Shown here: piece after piece, positions 11,153 through 25,115 of the stretch
How positions within the stretch are numbered: position 1 is the first letter of the stretch
Layout: the number at the start of each line of letters is the position of its first letter
NCBI GenBank assembly: GCA_964016885.1
Contig: OZ024748.1
Span: forward strand, 53,506,001 to 53,570,000
Source: Eledone cirrhosa
Taxonomy: Eukaryota
Length of the DNA stretch: 64,000 nt
Reading direction: 5' to 3'
Made by a program: the position numbers and the translations under genes
The notes under the pieces: model-generated
What the model was told of the DNA's origin: nothing
Databases searched by the model: none
What the model saw: only the letters and a program-made list of their open reading frames with translations

Positions 11153-12795
11153 TTTCTGTTGTGGTACCAGTACTACCACCTTACAGTGCAGATTGAGGGC
11201 TTTCTGTTGTGGTACCAGTACTACCACCTTACAGTGCAGATTGAGGGCTTTCTGTTGTGGTACCAGTACTACCACCTTACAGTGCAGACAGGGCTTTCTG
11301 TTGTGGTACCAGTACTACCATCTTACAGTGCAGATTGAGGGCTTTCTGTTGTGGTACCAGTACTACCACCTTACAGTGCAGACAGGGCTTTCTGTCGTGG
11401 TACCAGTACTACCACCTTACAGTGCAGATTGAGGGTTTTCTGTCGTGGTGCCAGTACTACCACCTTACAGTGCAGACAGGGCTTTCTGTTGTGGTACCAG
11501 TACTACCACCTTACAGTGCAGATTGAGGGCTTTCTGTTGTGGTACCAGTACTACCACCTTACAGTGCAGACAGGGCTTTCTGTCGTGGTACCAGTACTAC
11601 CATCTTACAGTGCAGATTGAGGGCTTTCTGTCGTGGTGCCAGTACTACCACCTTACAGTGCAGACAGGGCTTTCTGTCGTGGTGCCAGTACTACCATCTT
11701 ACAGTACAGATTGAGGGCTTTCTGTCGTGGTACCACTACTACCACCTTACAGTGCAGACAGGGCTTTCTGTCGTGGTACCAGTACTACCACCTTACAGTG
11801 CAGACAGGGCTTTCTGTCGTGGTGCCAGTACTACCACCTTACAGTGCAGATTGAGGGCTTTCTGTTGTGGTACCAGTACTACCACCTTACAGTGCAGATT
11901 GAGGGCTTTCTGTCGTGGTACCAGTACTACCACCTTACAGTGCAGACAGGGCTTTCTGTCGTGGTACCAGTACTACCACCTTACAGTGCAGACAGGGCTT
12001 TCTGTCGTGGTGCCAGTACTACCATCTTACAGTACAGATTGAGGGCTTTCTGTTGTGGTACCAGTACTACCACCTTACAGTGCAGACAGGGCTTTCTGTC
12101 GTGGTGCCAGTACTACCATCTTACAGTACAGATTGAGGGCTTTCTGTTGTGGTACCAGTACTACCACCTTACAGTGCAGATTGAGGGCTTTCTGTCGTGG
12201 TACCAGTACTACCACCTTACAGTGCAGACAGGGCTTTCTGTTGTGGTACCAGTACTACCACCTTACAGTGCAGATTGAGGGTTTTCTGTTGTGGTACCAG
12301 TACTACCACCTTACAGTGCAGACAGGGCTTTCTGTCGTGGTACCAGTACTACCACCTTACAGTGCAGATTGAGGGCTTTCTGTTGTGGTACCAGTACTAC
12401 CACCTTACAGTACAGATTGAGGGTTTTCTGTTGTGGTACCAGTACTACCACCTTACAGTGCAGATTGAGGGCTTTCTGTCGTGGTACCAGTACTACCACC
12501 TTACAGTGCAGATTGAGGGCTTTCTGTCGTGGTACCAGTACTACCACCTTACAGTACAGATTGAGGGCTTTCTGTTGTGGTACCAGTACTACCACCTTAC
12601 AGTGCAGATTGAGGGCTTTCTGTCGTGGTACCAGTACTACCACCTTACAGTACAGATTGAGGGCTTTCTGTTGTGGTACCAGTACTACCACCTTACAGTG
12701 CAGACAGGGCTTTCTGTTGTGGTACCAGCATTATCACCTTACAGTGCAGATTGAGGGCTTTCTGTTGTGGTACCAGTACTACCATCTTACAGTGC
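11153..12795. repeat. 46/48-bp minisatellite, ~35 copies, related to the RTE 3' UTR repeat unit
   Basis: Unit TTTCTGT(T/C)GTGGTACCAGTACTACCACCTTACAGTGCAGA(TTGA/CA)GGGC. It resembles GGGTGCTTTTTTGCCGTGGCACCTCCACGACCACTTTACAGTG of the RTE UTR and SINE tail. Confidence 0.92.
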
Positions 12796-12954
12796 TGATT
12801 GGCTGCTGGCTCTCATGATGCCAGCTTGACCACCATAGAGGGTGGATTGTGTGCTTTCCATTGTAGTGCTAGCATTATATTATATTCAGTTTGTATTATA
12901 CATAAAGAAATGTGAAAGTATATATAAGTACTGGTCACTCTCCAACATGTTTGC

Positions 12955-13118
12955 AGTTGTACCCTTGGCAGTGGCCCTAGGACTACCTCCTTACTCACCA
13001 CCATAGGCGCTGAGCTGGCCAGCTTCAGGTGTGAGCCCCGCGAGTTCGAATGGCTCTTCCAGCTCATCTCCTTTACCATCCTCCGGGGAAACGCCTTCTC
13101 CATTCTGTCCGCTGGGGC
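12955..13118 (+). pseudogene. CRE-clade non-LTR retrotransposon C-terminal fragment
   Basis: Translates TLGSGPRTTSLLTTIGAELASFRCEPREFEWLFQLISFTILRGNAFSILSAG, which contains the CRE-type terminal motif. Confidence 0.75.
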
Positions 13119-13450
13119 TGTGGGGGGGGGGGGGGCAGCATGTGGGACCCCATTTGTTCACAATACAGCAAGATGAGGAGGGCGAGAGAGATGGAGGCGA
13201 TGACAGTGGGAGTTCAGCTCTTCCACGCTCGGACCATATCATTGTGGTTGTGTTCATTAAGCAGTTAATGAGTCCGATTTTATCATATTCTCTGGATGCG
13301 ATACAAAGAAAAAATCCATTATTTAAATATCATCAAGTGTCACTTTATATATAAATATAGTAAAATAAAAATATATAATATTTATTTATACATTGTATGA
13401 ATGTATAAAATGATGGGTTTATGAAACCTTTAGATTTCACAGTGGATTAT

Positions 13451-14075
13451 ATAATAATAATAATAATAATGAAATTACTGTGTAAAGTGCTCAGGTGCAC
13501 TACAACTCATCAAAGGTGCATGTATAGTACAAAGAATAATATAAAAATGTCAAAGAAGTGAATAGTGTATGAGTCATGATATACATGTGTGTATGTGTAT
13601 GGAGGGGGAACATTAGGTGTAGTGTTGGCGAATCTCGGGAAGCATGGAGGTTTTAAAGGATGCAGTGTCTCGACAGTTAACAACTGATGCAGGCAGTTTG
13701 TTCCATGCTTCAGCAACTCTGAGCGTGAAAAAAGGTTTCCGAAAGTGTTGGGGGCTGTACTGTTTTCTGACTTTGTGGGCATGCCCATGTGTGTTAGACA
13801 CATGGAAATCAAAAAGGTACTCAGGGTTGTTGTTGGCAAGATGGTTAATAATTTTGCGGGTGTTTACCAAGTCAGTTGCCAGACGTCAGAGCTTCAATGT
13901 ATCCATGCCCAGGGAAGCAAGGCGTTCAGAGTATGGTAGATGCCTGATGGAGGGTATTCGCTTGGTTGCACGTCTCTGAACAGTTTCCAGGCGGTCAATG
14001 TTCTGAGCAAGATAGGGGTTCCAGACTGGTGATGCAAATTCTAAGTGTGGCTGCACCATAGCCATGTACAGCTTT
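13451..14075 (-). mobile_element. CR1-clade LINE 3' fragment with (ATT)n tail
   Basis: Translates YMAMVQPHLEFASPVWNPY...IDRLETVQRRATK...LPYSERLASLG...THGHAHKV...FFTLRVAEAWNKLP. One in-frame TGA is present. Confidence 0.9.
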
Positions 14076-14451
14076 ATAGATGTAGATAGCTTCTGATGGT
14101 GATCCCAACAAAGACCAAAAATAAGGTGAAGCTGTTCATCATTTTCAGTTTATGGAGAAGTTCATAAGTAAGACATGTTTACATATATAAATGTGAGTGT
14201 TTACATAGGAATTTCTTGTAACTTCATTTAAATCTTGTACCATTTGTGTACAGATACTAATTCATAGCTGACTTCAGCTTCTTAGTATGGGATTTAATTT
14301 AAATGATAATCATATCACATCTGCTTTGCCATGCTTACAGGAGATATCAACATACACACATTCACATACATACGTACATACAATTGCAGACACAGACACA
14401 CACATACATATATACACACACACACATTCATACATACATACATACATTCAT

Positions 14452-14484
<33 letters not shown>

Positions 14485-14700
14485 AACACAAACACATTTG
14501 CACACATACACATACATACATACACACACACATGCATACACACACATGTATATATATACATACATTCACTAGCATACATACACACATCTGCATACACAAT
14601 CATATACACACATACACATGCAGACATATACATATACATATAGAAACAGACATATACATATACACATATATATAGAAACAGACACATATATATATATATA

Positions 14701-15118
14701 CATCATCATCATCATCACCGTTTTACGTCAATTCTTCCATGCTAGCATGGGTTAGACGAGTTGTCCTGTTGTGGGCAGTGTCCGGTCGGCTGACCTTGTG
14801 TTGCTCATACAGGAACTGATTTTGGCTTGATTTCTACAGCTGGATGCCCTTCCTAACACCAACCTCATTTACAGTGAGTGCTGGGTGCTTTTTTGCCGTG
14901 GCACCTCCACGTCCACTTTTACAGTGTGGGCTGGGTGCTTTTTTGCTGTGGCACCTCCACGACCACTTTGCAGTGGGAGGAAGTGGGGGGCATATTGTCT
15001 ATATGCTTCAGCTTCGGCTTGTACCCACGGGAGGTCGGGTCTTCTGTATTACTGCGTGACACCAGAGGTCACGGTCGAGTGTCATCGCCTTCGAGAGGTG
15101 TAATTGGGTAAGGTCGGC
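14701..15118 (-). mobile_element. RTE LINE 3' fragment, older copy of the 2093-5276 family
   Basis: Aligns with 2093-2500 and translates ADLTQLHLSKAMTLDRDLWCHAVIQKTRPP. Confidence 0.9.
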
Positions 15119-16047
15119 TACATAAACACATATATATAGAAACAGACATAACATATATATATAGAAACAGACATACACATACATATATATATAGAAACAG
15201 ACATACACACATATATATAGAAACAGACATACACATACATATATATATAGAAACAGACATACACACATATATATAGAAACAGACATAACATATATATAAA
15301 GAAACAGACAAACACATACATATATATATATAGAAACAGACATACACACATATATATAGAAACACTGACATACATGTACTCACTCACAGACACACATATA
15401 TAGAAATACACAAATACATATACACACATGGATAAACACACAGGCATATACACACACATATATACAGAAATACATATACACACACACACATACAGAAATA
15501 CATATACACACATATATATAGAAATACTTATACACACATATACACAAATACATATACACACACATATATACATAAATACATATACACACACCTATATATA
15601 TACAGAAATACATATACATATGCATATATACAGAAATACTTATACACACACATATACATAGGTACATATACACACAGAAATACATATACACACATATAGA
15701 CAGAAATACATACACACATATATATATATATAAAATCAAGGGAATGTAAATATAGATAACATTTTTAAAATATATATATATATATATACATACATGTCAG
15801 AACACTGACTTCAGTAATACAACTATAATAAATGAGAGAATCTTATAGTGAAATTAATAGTATACAATTAAATATTATATTTCTAACTTATACAATATAT
15901 TTAATTAAAGTATAATAATAATTAATATTATTAAGGCAGAATTTAATTAAATTATCATTATTTGCTCATAATTTCCACATGTGACTAATAGAATCTTTAT
16001 TATCGTTATTTATCTTCCATATTTCATAAACCTAAACATGTATGATA

Positions 16048-16244
16048 TGAGGGGCGGCTGAAAAGTTTGTAGGCTGACTATGAACGAGTGATGCTAGAGC
16101 TGTGAAATCCTGCATGCATTAATTTCAGTTCTTCATCTTAATAACTGCATTGTTTCTTTCCAGAGACTGTGTTGAAAAATTAAACCTCATTTGGTCATTC
16201 ACTGCGAGTATCTTGGTCACACTATGAACTTTTCGGCTGACACC

Positions 16245-16245
<1 letters not shown>
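16048..16245 (+). mobile_element. Tc1/mariner-type MITE
   Basis: TA-TGAGGGGCGGCTGAAAAGTT ... AACTTTTCGGCTGACACC-TA inverted termini. A second copy lies at 63-260. Confidence 0.75.
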
Positions 16246-16302
<57 letters not shown>

Positions 16303-16442
16303 TATGTGTTGGTTGTTTACCGACACCTCAGTATGCAGGTTGGAGCACTCGACGAAGTGCGCAGGTTGGTTTGTTTACTCCGGAGTAATTTAAAATAAAT
16401 AAGTCAAACATGTTAAATTTGGCTTCATTTATTATAAATTCT

Positions 16443-16495
16443 CTGCTATATATATTTCAGTGACAGCTATTATTGGCTGTGACCTCTTCAGGCAG
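16443..16495 (-). ncRNA. Minimal type-I hammerhead ribozyme (Penelope-like-element type)
   Basis: Minus strand: CTGC-CTGAAGA-GGTCACAGC-caataata-GCTGTCACT-GAAA-TATATA-T-A-GCAG. This gives stem I, the CUGANGA core, a 9-bp stem II (one mismatch, one G-U pair), GAAA, a palindromic stem III, UH, and stem I'. Confidence 0.8.
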
Positions 16496-16547
16496 TACAA
16501 ATTAATGTAGAAAGAAACAGGTAAACATGGTGTTGAAATGTGTTCCA

Positions 16548-16818
16548 CATCGATATGTCCAGCTCCTGGGTGTGTTGTTAGTCATACAAGGAACTGGAAT
16601 CCATTGATATGTCCAGTTCCTGGGTGTGTTGTTAGTCATACAAGGAACTGGAATCCATCAATATGTCCAGCTCCTGGGTGTGTTGTTAGTCCTACGAGGA
16701 ACTGGAATACATCGATATGTCCAGCTCCTGGGTGTGTTGTTAGTCATACAAGGAACTGGAATCCATCAATATGTCCAGCTCCTGGGTGTGTTGTTAGTCC
16801 TACAGGGAACTGGAATCA
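16548..16818. repeat. 54-bp tandem repeat, 5 copies
   Basis: AT(C/T)(G/A)ATATGTCCAG(C/T)TCCTGGGTGTGTTGTTAGTC recurs with period 54. Confidence 0.92.
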
Positions 16819-17502
16819 TATGGGCAAGAACAAAGGAATTTCATTGTCAGAGGACACACTTATACTCCATTGGTCAGTTGTCATACCACTCCCCAGCTGA
16901 AAGTCTATAGAAATTTCTATGCATACATATAATTATTATATATATGTATGTATATATGTATGTATATATGTATATATATACAGATGTGTATATATATATA
17001 TATATATAGTTATACTTTGGGAGGGTCATGTTGCCAATAAGAAACACACGCACTTGTTGGTTTTCACTTCAATTTATTATAAATTTCCAGTAGGTTGTTT
17101 ATATATTGTCAAAGCTCTTTTTGTCACTCAATCTGTGACCTCCTTGGTGAATAGGTTTTTATTTTGTCTCTCTCCCCTTTTTTCTGTCCTACACCATCTT
17201 GTTTTTGTGTGTTGTGTGTTTAGTTTGCGCATGCGTTACATCTGGGTGTGTGTGTGTTTTTATTTATTTATATATTTATTTACTTGCCACTAGTTGGTTG
17301 TTTGTTCTATCTGTTTTGTTTTGTTAGTTTGGTTTTTGTGTGTCTGTATGTCTTCATTTTGTCCTTAATTACTAGTTGTGATGTTGCTATTCCACTCACG
17401 TTTTCTGTTTAATTTTGGTTGGACTTCGTTTATATTTGTTGCCTCTGTGATTTGTATGAGCATTGCATCTTTTCTGTGTGTGGATATAATTTTTATCTCT
17501 AT

Positions 17503-17894
17503 TGAGGCACATGGCTTAGTGGTTAGAGCATTGGCCTTGCAATCAAAAGGTTGTGAGTTCAATTCTCAGACCGGGTTATGTGTTGTTTCCTTGAGCAAGA
17601 CACTTTATTTCACATTGCTCTAGTTTACTCAGCTGTAGAAATGAGATGATAGGGACTGGGGTCCCTATCATTCCACTGCAAAGTGGTCGTGGAGGCGTCA
17701 CGGAAAAAAGCACCCAGCACTCACTGTAAATGAGGTTGGTGTTAGGAAGGGCATCCAGCTGTAGAAATCAAGCCAGAATCAGTTCTCGTATGAGCAAGAC
17801 ATGGTCAGTTGACCGGACACTGACCACAACAGGACAACCCGTCTAACCCATGCTAGTGAGGAAGAACGGACGTAAAACGGCGATGATGATGATG
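17503..17894 (+). mobile_element. tRNA-derived CORE-SINE with long RTE-derived tail
   Basis: A/B boxes (TGGCTTAGTGG; GAGTTCAATTC). CORE-like CCTTGAGCAAGACACTT...CAGCTGTAGAAATG. Its 3' ~200 bp match the RTE 3' UTR, followed by (GAT)n. Confidence 0.85.
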
Positions 17895-19269
17895 TTGATA
17901 TATATATATATCTATATATATATTATATTTTATATATTTATATGTATATATATATATATATATTTTATACATATATACACATACATACAGGGTGAGATAT
18001 ATATATTTGTGTATATGTACATATATATTATGTATATGAATATGTGTATATATGTAGATATGCATATCTGTATAAATATATATATAGAGAAAGGTAGATA
18101 GATACAGATATATATATGTGTGTGTGTATATATATACACACACTCATATATATATATATATCAGTGTATAGATGTTAGTGTCTGCATTGTTTATATCCTG
18201 AATATTCATTATATGCGTATAATTATCCTTTTCATACATATTTTCTATTTATTTATGCTTGCATATATTTCTGTGTGTGTATATATGTATGTATATGCAT
18301 GTATGTATGTGTATATATGTATCTGTGTGTATATATGTATGCATGTATGTATTTGTATATGTATGTATATGCATGTATGTATTTGTATATGTATGTATAT
18401 GCATGTATGTATGTGTATATGTATGTATATGCATGTATGTATGTGTATATATGTATCTGTGTGTATATATGTATCTATATGCATGTATGTATATGTATGT
18501 ATATGTATATACCTGTGTTTATATATGTTTGTATATGTATGTATATGCATATGTATGTATCTGTGTGTATAAATGTTTGTTTATGTATGTATATATGCAT
18601 GTATGTATGTGTATTTGTATGTATATGCATATATCTCTGGATGTGTATATGCATGTATGAATATGTATGTGTATATGCATGTATGAATATGTATGTATAT
18701 GCATATATGTCTCTTTATATATATATATATATATGTTTATGTATATATCTCTATGTAGATGGATGAATCTATGTATGAATGAATGTGTGTATACATGCAT
18801 ATATGAATGCATGTATGCATGTATGTGAATGTATGTGTGTAAGTATTATGTATGTGTGAATGTCTGTATGTGTGACAGTATGTATGTATGACTGTATGTA
18901 TGTATGTATGACTATATATGGTGGTAAGTATGGATGTGTGAATGCCTGTATGGATATGTGAATGCCTGTATGTATGTGTAAATGACTGTGTGAATGACTG
19001 TATGGATATGTGAATGCCTGTATGTATGTGTGAATGCCTGTATGTATGTGTGAATGACTGTATGTATGTGTGAATGACTGTATGTGTGAATACCTGTATG
19101 TGTGACTCTATGTATGACTATATATGATGGTATGTATGTATGCATGGAAGTGTGAATGGCTGTATGTTGTGTAATTTGATGTTTTTGTAATACACAAACC
19201 TAATTATATATTGATACATGCAAGCAGGCTTGAATGTAGCAATGTATTTATATAAATAAGCAGGTAGAT

Positions 19270-19309
<40 letters not shown>

Positions 19310-19562
19310 TCACAAGTTCATTTGCCTATACACACTTAGACATCAATTAGTGTATTAAAAAAACACACACACATATATATATATATATACATACACACGC
19401 ACATATATATATATACACAGACACACATACTTACACACACACACATATACATATATATACACACACACACATATACATATATACATATATATATTTCTGT
19501 GTTTTTGGAAATATAAATATACAAATTAGATTAGATATATATAAATTAGATTAATATATATA

Positions 19563-19633
<71 letters not shown>

Positions 19634-19696
19634 GTGTGAGTATGTGTATTTATAATTTCACACTTACATGTTTCCCCACCCAACTCACAAACACTG

Positions 19697-19736
<40 letters not shown>

Positions 19737-19924
19737 ACCTCCACACACCTACACTCACACCCAATACATATTGCTATTTATCTATATGAATCTATTAAAC
19801 AAACCAAAGAAATTGAATTAAGAGTGAAGAATTGTGAAGCTAATGGAATGAAAATTAACAATCATCTCCAGAATGGTTTTGATGTTGTGCTGGTTGATAG
19901 ATGGTATTAACACCTTCAGACCTT

Positions 19925-21615
19925 GGCAACTGTTGTCAACAACACCAACACCACCACCACCACCACCATCAACACCACTGTTGTCAACAACACCACCACC
20001 ATCACTACCACTAACACCACCACTTCAACCACCACCACCAACACCACCACTTCAACCACCACCACCATCACCACCACTTCAACCACCACCACCATCACCA
20101 CCACCACCATCACTACCACCAACACCACCACTTCAACCATTGCCAGTGTTGTCAACAACACCATCTCTAACACCTCCAACACCACCTCAACCACCTCCAC
20201 CGAACCAGCATTGCTACCACCACCACCACCAAGACCACCACCACCACTTTTGTCAATAATACCTCTGCCACCAACATCAACAATGCTACCATCACCATGT
20301 TTGTCAACAACACCACTTCCACCACCTCACCAGCTCTACATTTACCACCACCAGGTATTAACAGAATTAACACCACCACCACCACCACCAAGAAAACTAA
20401 TGAAGCACTCTCATATGTTGTCGCTCAACCTGCTAGAAATAACAGTCAAATTCTGTCTCAAATCACATTATACTATCTTAGAAAAGGACTCATTGTAGAA
20501 GGTGACCCTGGTTTTTCTGCAAATAGGAAATGGAATGGATGGTCACACTTGGATTGATTTTGATCAAAGGTTCGCTTAATCCAGGCCTGTATGTGTGTAG
20601 GTGGGGTGTCTGTATATACCCGTAACTCTTGATGGAGTTGTAGGGGTGCCATCATAACACACAGCATTTCTTGGGCATTTTTATTTTTAAGGCTGGTTCA
20701 GTCAATTTCCTCCCCAGGTCTGAACAGAGCCTGGAATCTTCCAAATTATCAGAGGGAGTAATGGAAGGAAGTATGAAAGAGATATAGGGGAAAAACTGAC
20801 CCAAGTACTGGACTCGTACTCTATTTATTAACCTTGAAAGGATGATGAAAGTCAAAGTTGACCTTGGTGGGATTTGAACTCTGAGCAGAGAGAACTGGAA
20901 TGAATACTGTGAATCATTCGATCTGATGTTCTCATGACCTCTGTCAGTTCACCACCCCCAATTCAGGCTTAACAACGCAAAATTAGGGCCTTTATATGGT
21001 TGCTGGACCTGCTAGAAATAGCCAAATGTTGTAAATTCACAGAACAGTTACAGCTCAGGATAAACTGCTTTGTATCACTGTCAACAACAACACCAATACC
21101 AACAACAAAACCACCACTAGACACACCACCACTAGACACACCACCACCAGCACTACCAACACCACCAACATCAAAGCTGCTTCGGACAACACCACCACTA
21201 GACACACCACCACCACCAACAAGACCACCACTAGACACACCACCACCACCACTACCAACAGCAACAGCAACAACACCACAACCATCACCACCATCACCAC
21301 CACCACCCCTATCAATAACACCACTACCAACAAGACCACCAATATCAACAAAAACACCATCACCACCACCACCACCACCACCACTACAAACAACCATAAC
21401 ACTACCAACTACACCACCACCACCACTTGCATCATCACCAACACTACCACCACCACCACCACTACAAACACCACCACTAGCAGCAACATCACCACCAACA
21501 CCACCACTACTGCCAACACCACCACCACCACAACAAACACCACCACTAGCATCAACATCACCACCACCAACACCACTACTGCCATCACCACCACCACCAA
21601 CACAACAACAACTGT
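19925..21615. repeat. Cryptic (ACC/AAC)n tracts (19925-20395 and 21080-21615) flanking decayed SINE pieces
   Basis: Low-complexity trinucleotide sequence. A Nin-like SINE remnant lies at ~20800-20960. Confidence 0.75.
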
Positions 21616-21738
21616 AACTAATATTACAAAGGTAACTTGGATGATAATTATAATTGTGATGTCTATTGAAACATGCATTTAATTGTGTATATTAATCCAA
21701 TGATTACATTCATATGTATGTATTCTTTGTGTGAGTGT

Positions 21739-21739
<1 letters not shown>

Positions 21740-21777
<38 letters not shown>

Positions 21778-21849
21778 TACAGACACAGGCACACACACAC
21801 ACAGACACACACACACAGGCACACACATACACACACAATCACACACAGG

Positions 21850-21880
<31 letters not shown>

Positions 21881-21955
21881 ACACACACAGACACAGATAC
21901 AGACACACACACACACACACACAGGCACACACACACACACACACACAGACACAGG

Positions 21956-21988
<33 letters not shown>

Positions 21989-22142
21989 AGATACAGACAC
22001 ACACACACACACAGACACACACACACACACACAGACACAGATACAGACACAGACACACACAGACACACACACACACAGGCACACACACACACAGGCGCAC
22101 ACACAGGCGCACACAGATACAGACACAGACACAGACACACAG

Positions 22143-22174
<32 letters not shown>

Positions 22175-22230
22175 ACAGACACACACACAGACACACACAC
22201 ACACACAGACACACACACACACACACACAT
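21740..22230. repeat. Compound (CA)n microsatellite
   Basis: Directly visible in the sequence. Confidence 0.95.
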
Positions 22231-22279
22231 GCACAAATATATGTATCTTTTAAAGAAAAAGAAATGGATGTAAAATAAT

Positions 22280-22450
22280 TGTTTCTATTTATGGCCCAAG
22301 GCCAGCAAATACCCAGTACATTACTGGTACTTTATTTTATCGACCTCGTAAGGATGAAAGGCAAAGTCAACCTCGGCGGGATTTGAACTCAGATCATAAA
22401 GGGACGTAACTATGCTGGAAAGCATGTCTGACCCTCTACCGATACTGCTA
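22280..22450 (-). mobile_element. SINE with Nin/Deu-like domain
   Basis: Reverse complement contains GAGTTCAAATCCCGCCGAGGTTGACTTTGCCTTTCATCCTTACGAGGTCGATAAAATAAAGTACCAG. Confidence 0.8.
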
Positions 22451-22861
22451 AAGGATGTAAAATAATGGTATATAAATATTATTATTACAGGTATATGTAT
22501 ATATATATATATATATACATATACATACATATATATATATATACATACATATACACACGCACACATAAATATATATATATAATATTTATATGCAAATATA
22601 TAACTCATATATGTATATATATATAATGATGATGATAACTCATATATGTATGTATAATATTTATATGCAAATATATAACTCATATATATACATATATATA
22701 TATCATCATCATCATCATCTTCGTTTAACATCCATATATGCATGTATAATAGACATATATAACATCTCTGTAATAACATATAAGGTCTGAACACAACTGA
22801 AATAGGTAAAACAAAATTCAGATCCCTAATTAAATTGCCATTCAGTATTTATGTCTTTCTT

Positions 22862-24045
22862 TATCATCATCAGCATCATTATCATCACCATCACCACCAC
22901 TACCATCATCACCGTCATCACCACCACCTCCATCACCACCACCATCACCACCACCACCATCACCCCCACCAGCATCACCACCACCATCACCCCCACCAGC
23001 ATCACCACCACCACCACCACCACCATCACCACCACCTCCATCACCACCACCATCACCACCACCACCATCACCCCCACCAGCATTACCACCACCACCATCA
23101 CCACCACCACCATCACCCCCACCAGCATCACCACCATCACCACCACCTCCATCACCACTACCATCACCACCACCACCACCACCACCATCACCACCACCTC
23201 CATCACCACCACCATCACCACCACCACCATCACCACCATCACCACCACCACCATCACCACCACCACCATCACCCCCACCAGCATCACCACCACCACCACC
23301 ACCACCACCACCACTATCACCACCACGACCATCACCACCACGACCATCACCATCACCACCACCATCACCACCATCACCACCACCATCACCACCACCACCA
23401 TCACCACCACCACCATCACCACCACCACCATCACCATCACCACCATCACCACCATCACCACCATCGCCATCACCACCACTACCACCACCACTATCACCAC
23501 CACCACTATCATCACCACCATTATCACCACCACCATTATCACCACCACCACTACCAGCACAACTACCACTACCACTATCACCACTACCACCACTACCACC
23601 ACCACCACCACCACCACCACTATCACCACCACCACTCACCACCACCACCACCACCACTATCACCACCACCACTCACCACCACCACCACCACTCACCACCA
23701 CCACCACCACTCACCACCACCACTACCACTATCACCACTACCACCACCACCACTACCACTATCACCATTACTACCAATATCACCACCACCACTACCACTA
23801 TCACCACCACCACTACCACTATCACCACCACCTACACCACCACCACCACTACCACTATCGCCACCACCACCACCACCACCACTATCACCACCACTACTCA
23901 CCACCACCACTCACCACCACCACTACCACTATCACCACTACCACCACCACCACTACCACTATCACCATTACTACCACTATCACCACCACCACCACTACCA
24001 CTATCACCACCACCACCACTACCACTATCACCACCACCACCACCA
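22862..24045. repeat. ~1.2-kb (ACC/ATC/ACT)n cryptic trinucleotide array
   Basis: Directly visible. It is the source of the poly-H/T/P/G/V pseudo-ORFs. Confidence 0.95.
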
Positions 24046-24114
24046 TATACATAGTCATTTATTTACAAACATATTCAGGTAAAGGCATCATGTACACACA
24101 CTCACATGCATGCA

Positions 24115-25115
24115 TTTGTGTGTGTGTGTGTATGTGTGTGTATGCGTGAGTATATGTGTATCTGTGTTTGTTTGCTTATGTGTCTGTCTGTGTGTTTGCT
24201 TGTGTGTGTGTCTGTTGTATGTATGTGCTAGTATATGTATGTGTGTATTTGTGTGTGTGTGATTGTGTGTAAGTCTGCTGTGTGTGTGTGTGTGAGTGTC
24301 TGTGTGTGTGTTTGGTTGCTTATGTGTGTGTATGTATGTGCTAGTATATATGTGTCTGTAAGTCTGTTGTGTGTGTGTGTGTGAGAGTGTGTCTGTGTGT
24401 GTGTTTGGTTACTTGTGTGTGTATGTATGTGCTAGTATGTGTCTGTAAGTCTGTTGTGCGTGTGTGAGTATATGTGTGAGTGTGTCTGGTTACTTATGTG
24501 TTTGTATGTATGTGCTAGTATGTTTGTGTGTGTGAGTATATGTGTGAGAGTATATGTGTCTGTGTGTGTGTTTGGTTACTTATGTGTTTGTATGTATGTG
24601 CTAGTATGTTTGTGTGTGTGAGTATATGTGTGAGAGTATATGTGTCTGTGTGTGTGTTTGGTTACTTGTGTGTTTGTATGTATGTGCTAGTGTGTGTGTG
24701 TGCGTACATGTGTGAGTATATGTGTGAGTGTATATGTCTGTGTGTGTTTGGTTGCTTATATGTATGTATGTGCTAGTATGTGTGTGTGTGTGTGAGTATA
24801 TGTAGGAGTATATATGTGAGAGTATGTGTCTGTGTGTGTGTGTTTGGTTACTTATGTGTGTATGTATGTGCCAGTATGTGTGTGTGTGTGAGTATAAGTG
24901 TGAGAGTATGTGTTTGGTTGCTTATGTGATGTATGTATGTATGTGCTAGTATGTGTGTGTGTGAGTATATGTATGAGAGTATATGTGTCTGTCTGTGTGT
25001 TTGGTTACTTATGTGTATGTATGTATGTATGTGCTAGTATGTGTGTGTGTGAGTATATGTATGAGAGTATATGTGTCTGTGTGTGTGTGTTTGGTTACTT
25101 ATGTGTATGTATGTG
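24115..25115. repeat. GT-rich minisatellite with GTTTGGTTACTT and TGCTAGT landmarks
   Basis: Recurrent landmarks at ~70-80 bp spacing. Confidence 0.85.

Noticed and set aside
11193-12818. Repetitive Cys/Tyr-rich ORFs
   Set aside because: Frames shift with each 46-bp unit, and the unit derives from a non-coding RTE UTR motif.
16538-16910. Cys-rich repeat protein (SICPAPGCVVSHTRNWNP)n
   Set aside because: The 54-bp unit is a multiple of three, so an open frame is expected. No homology or splice support.
17503-17575. tRNA gene (also at 41221, 56916, 59096, 49432)
   Set aside because: A/B boxes are present, but each runs into a SINE body. These are SINE heads, not supported as functional tRNAs.
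22826-24149. Long poly-His/Thr/Gly/Val ORFs
   Set aside because: Trinucleotide arrays are open in multiple frames on both strands, with no domain or splice support.
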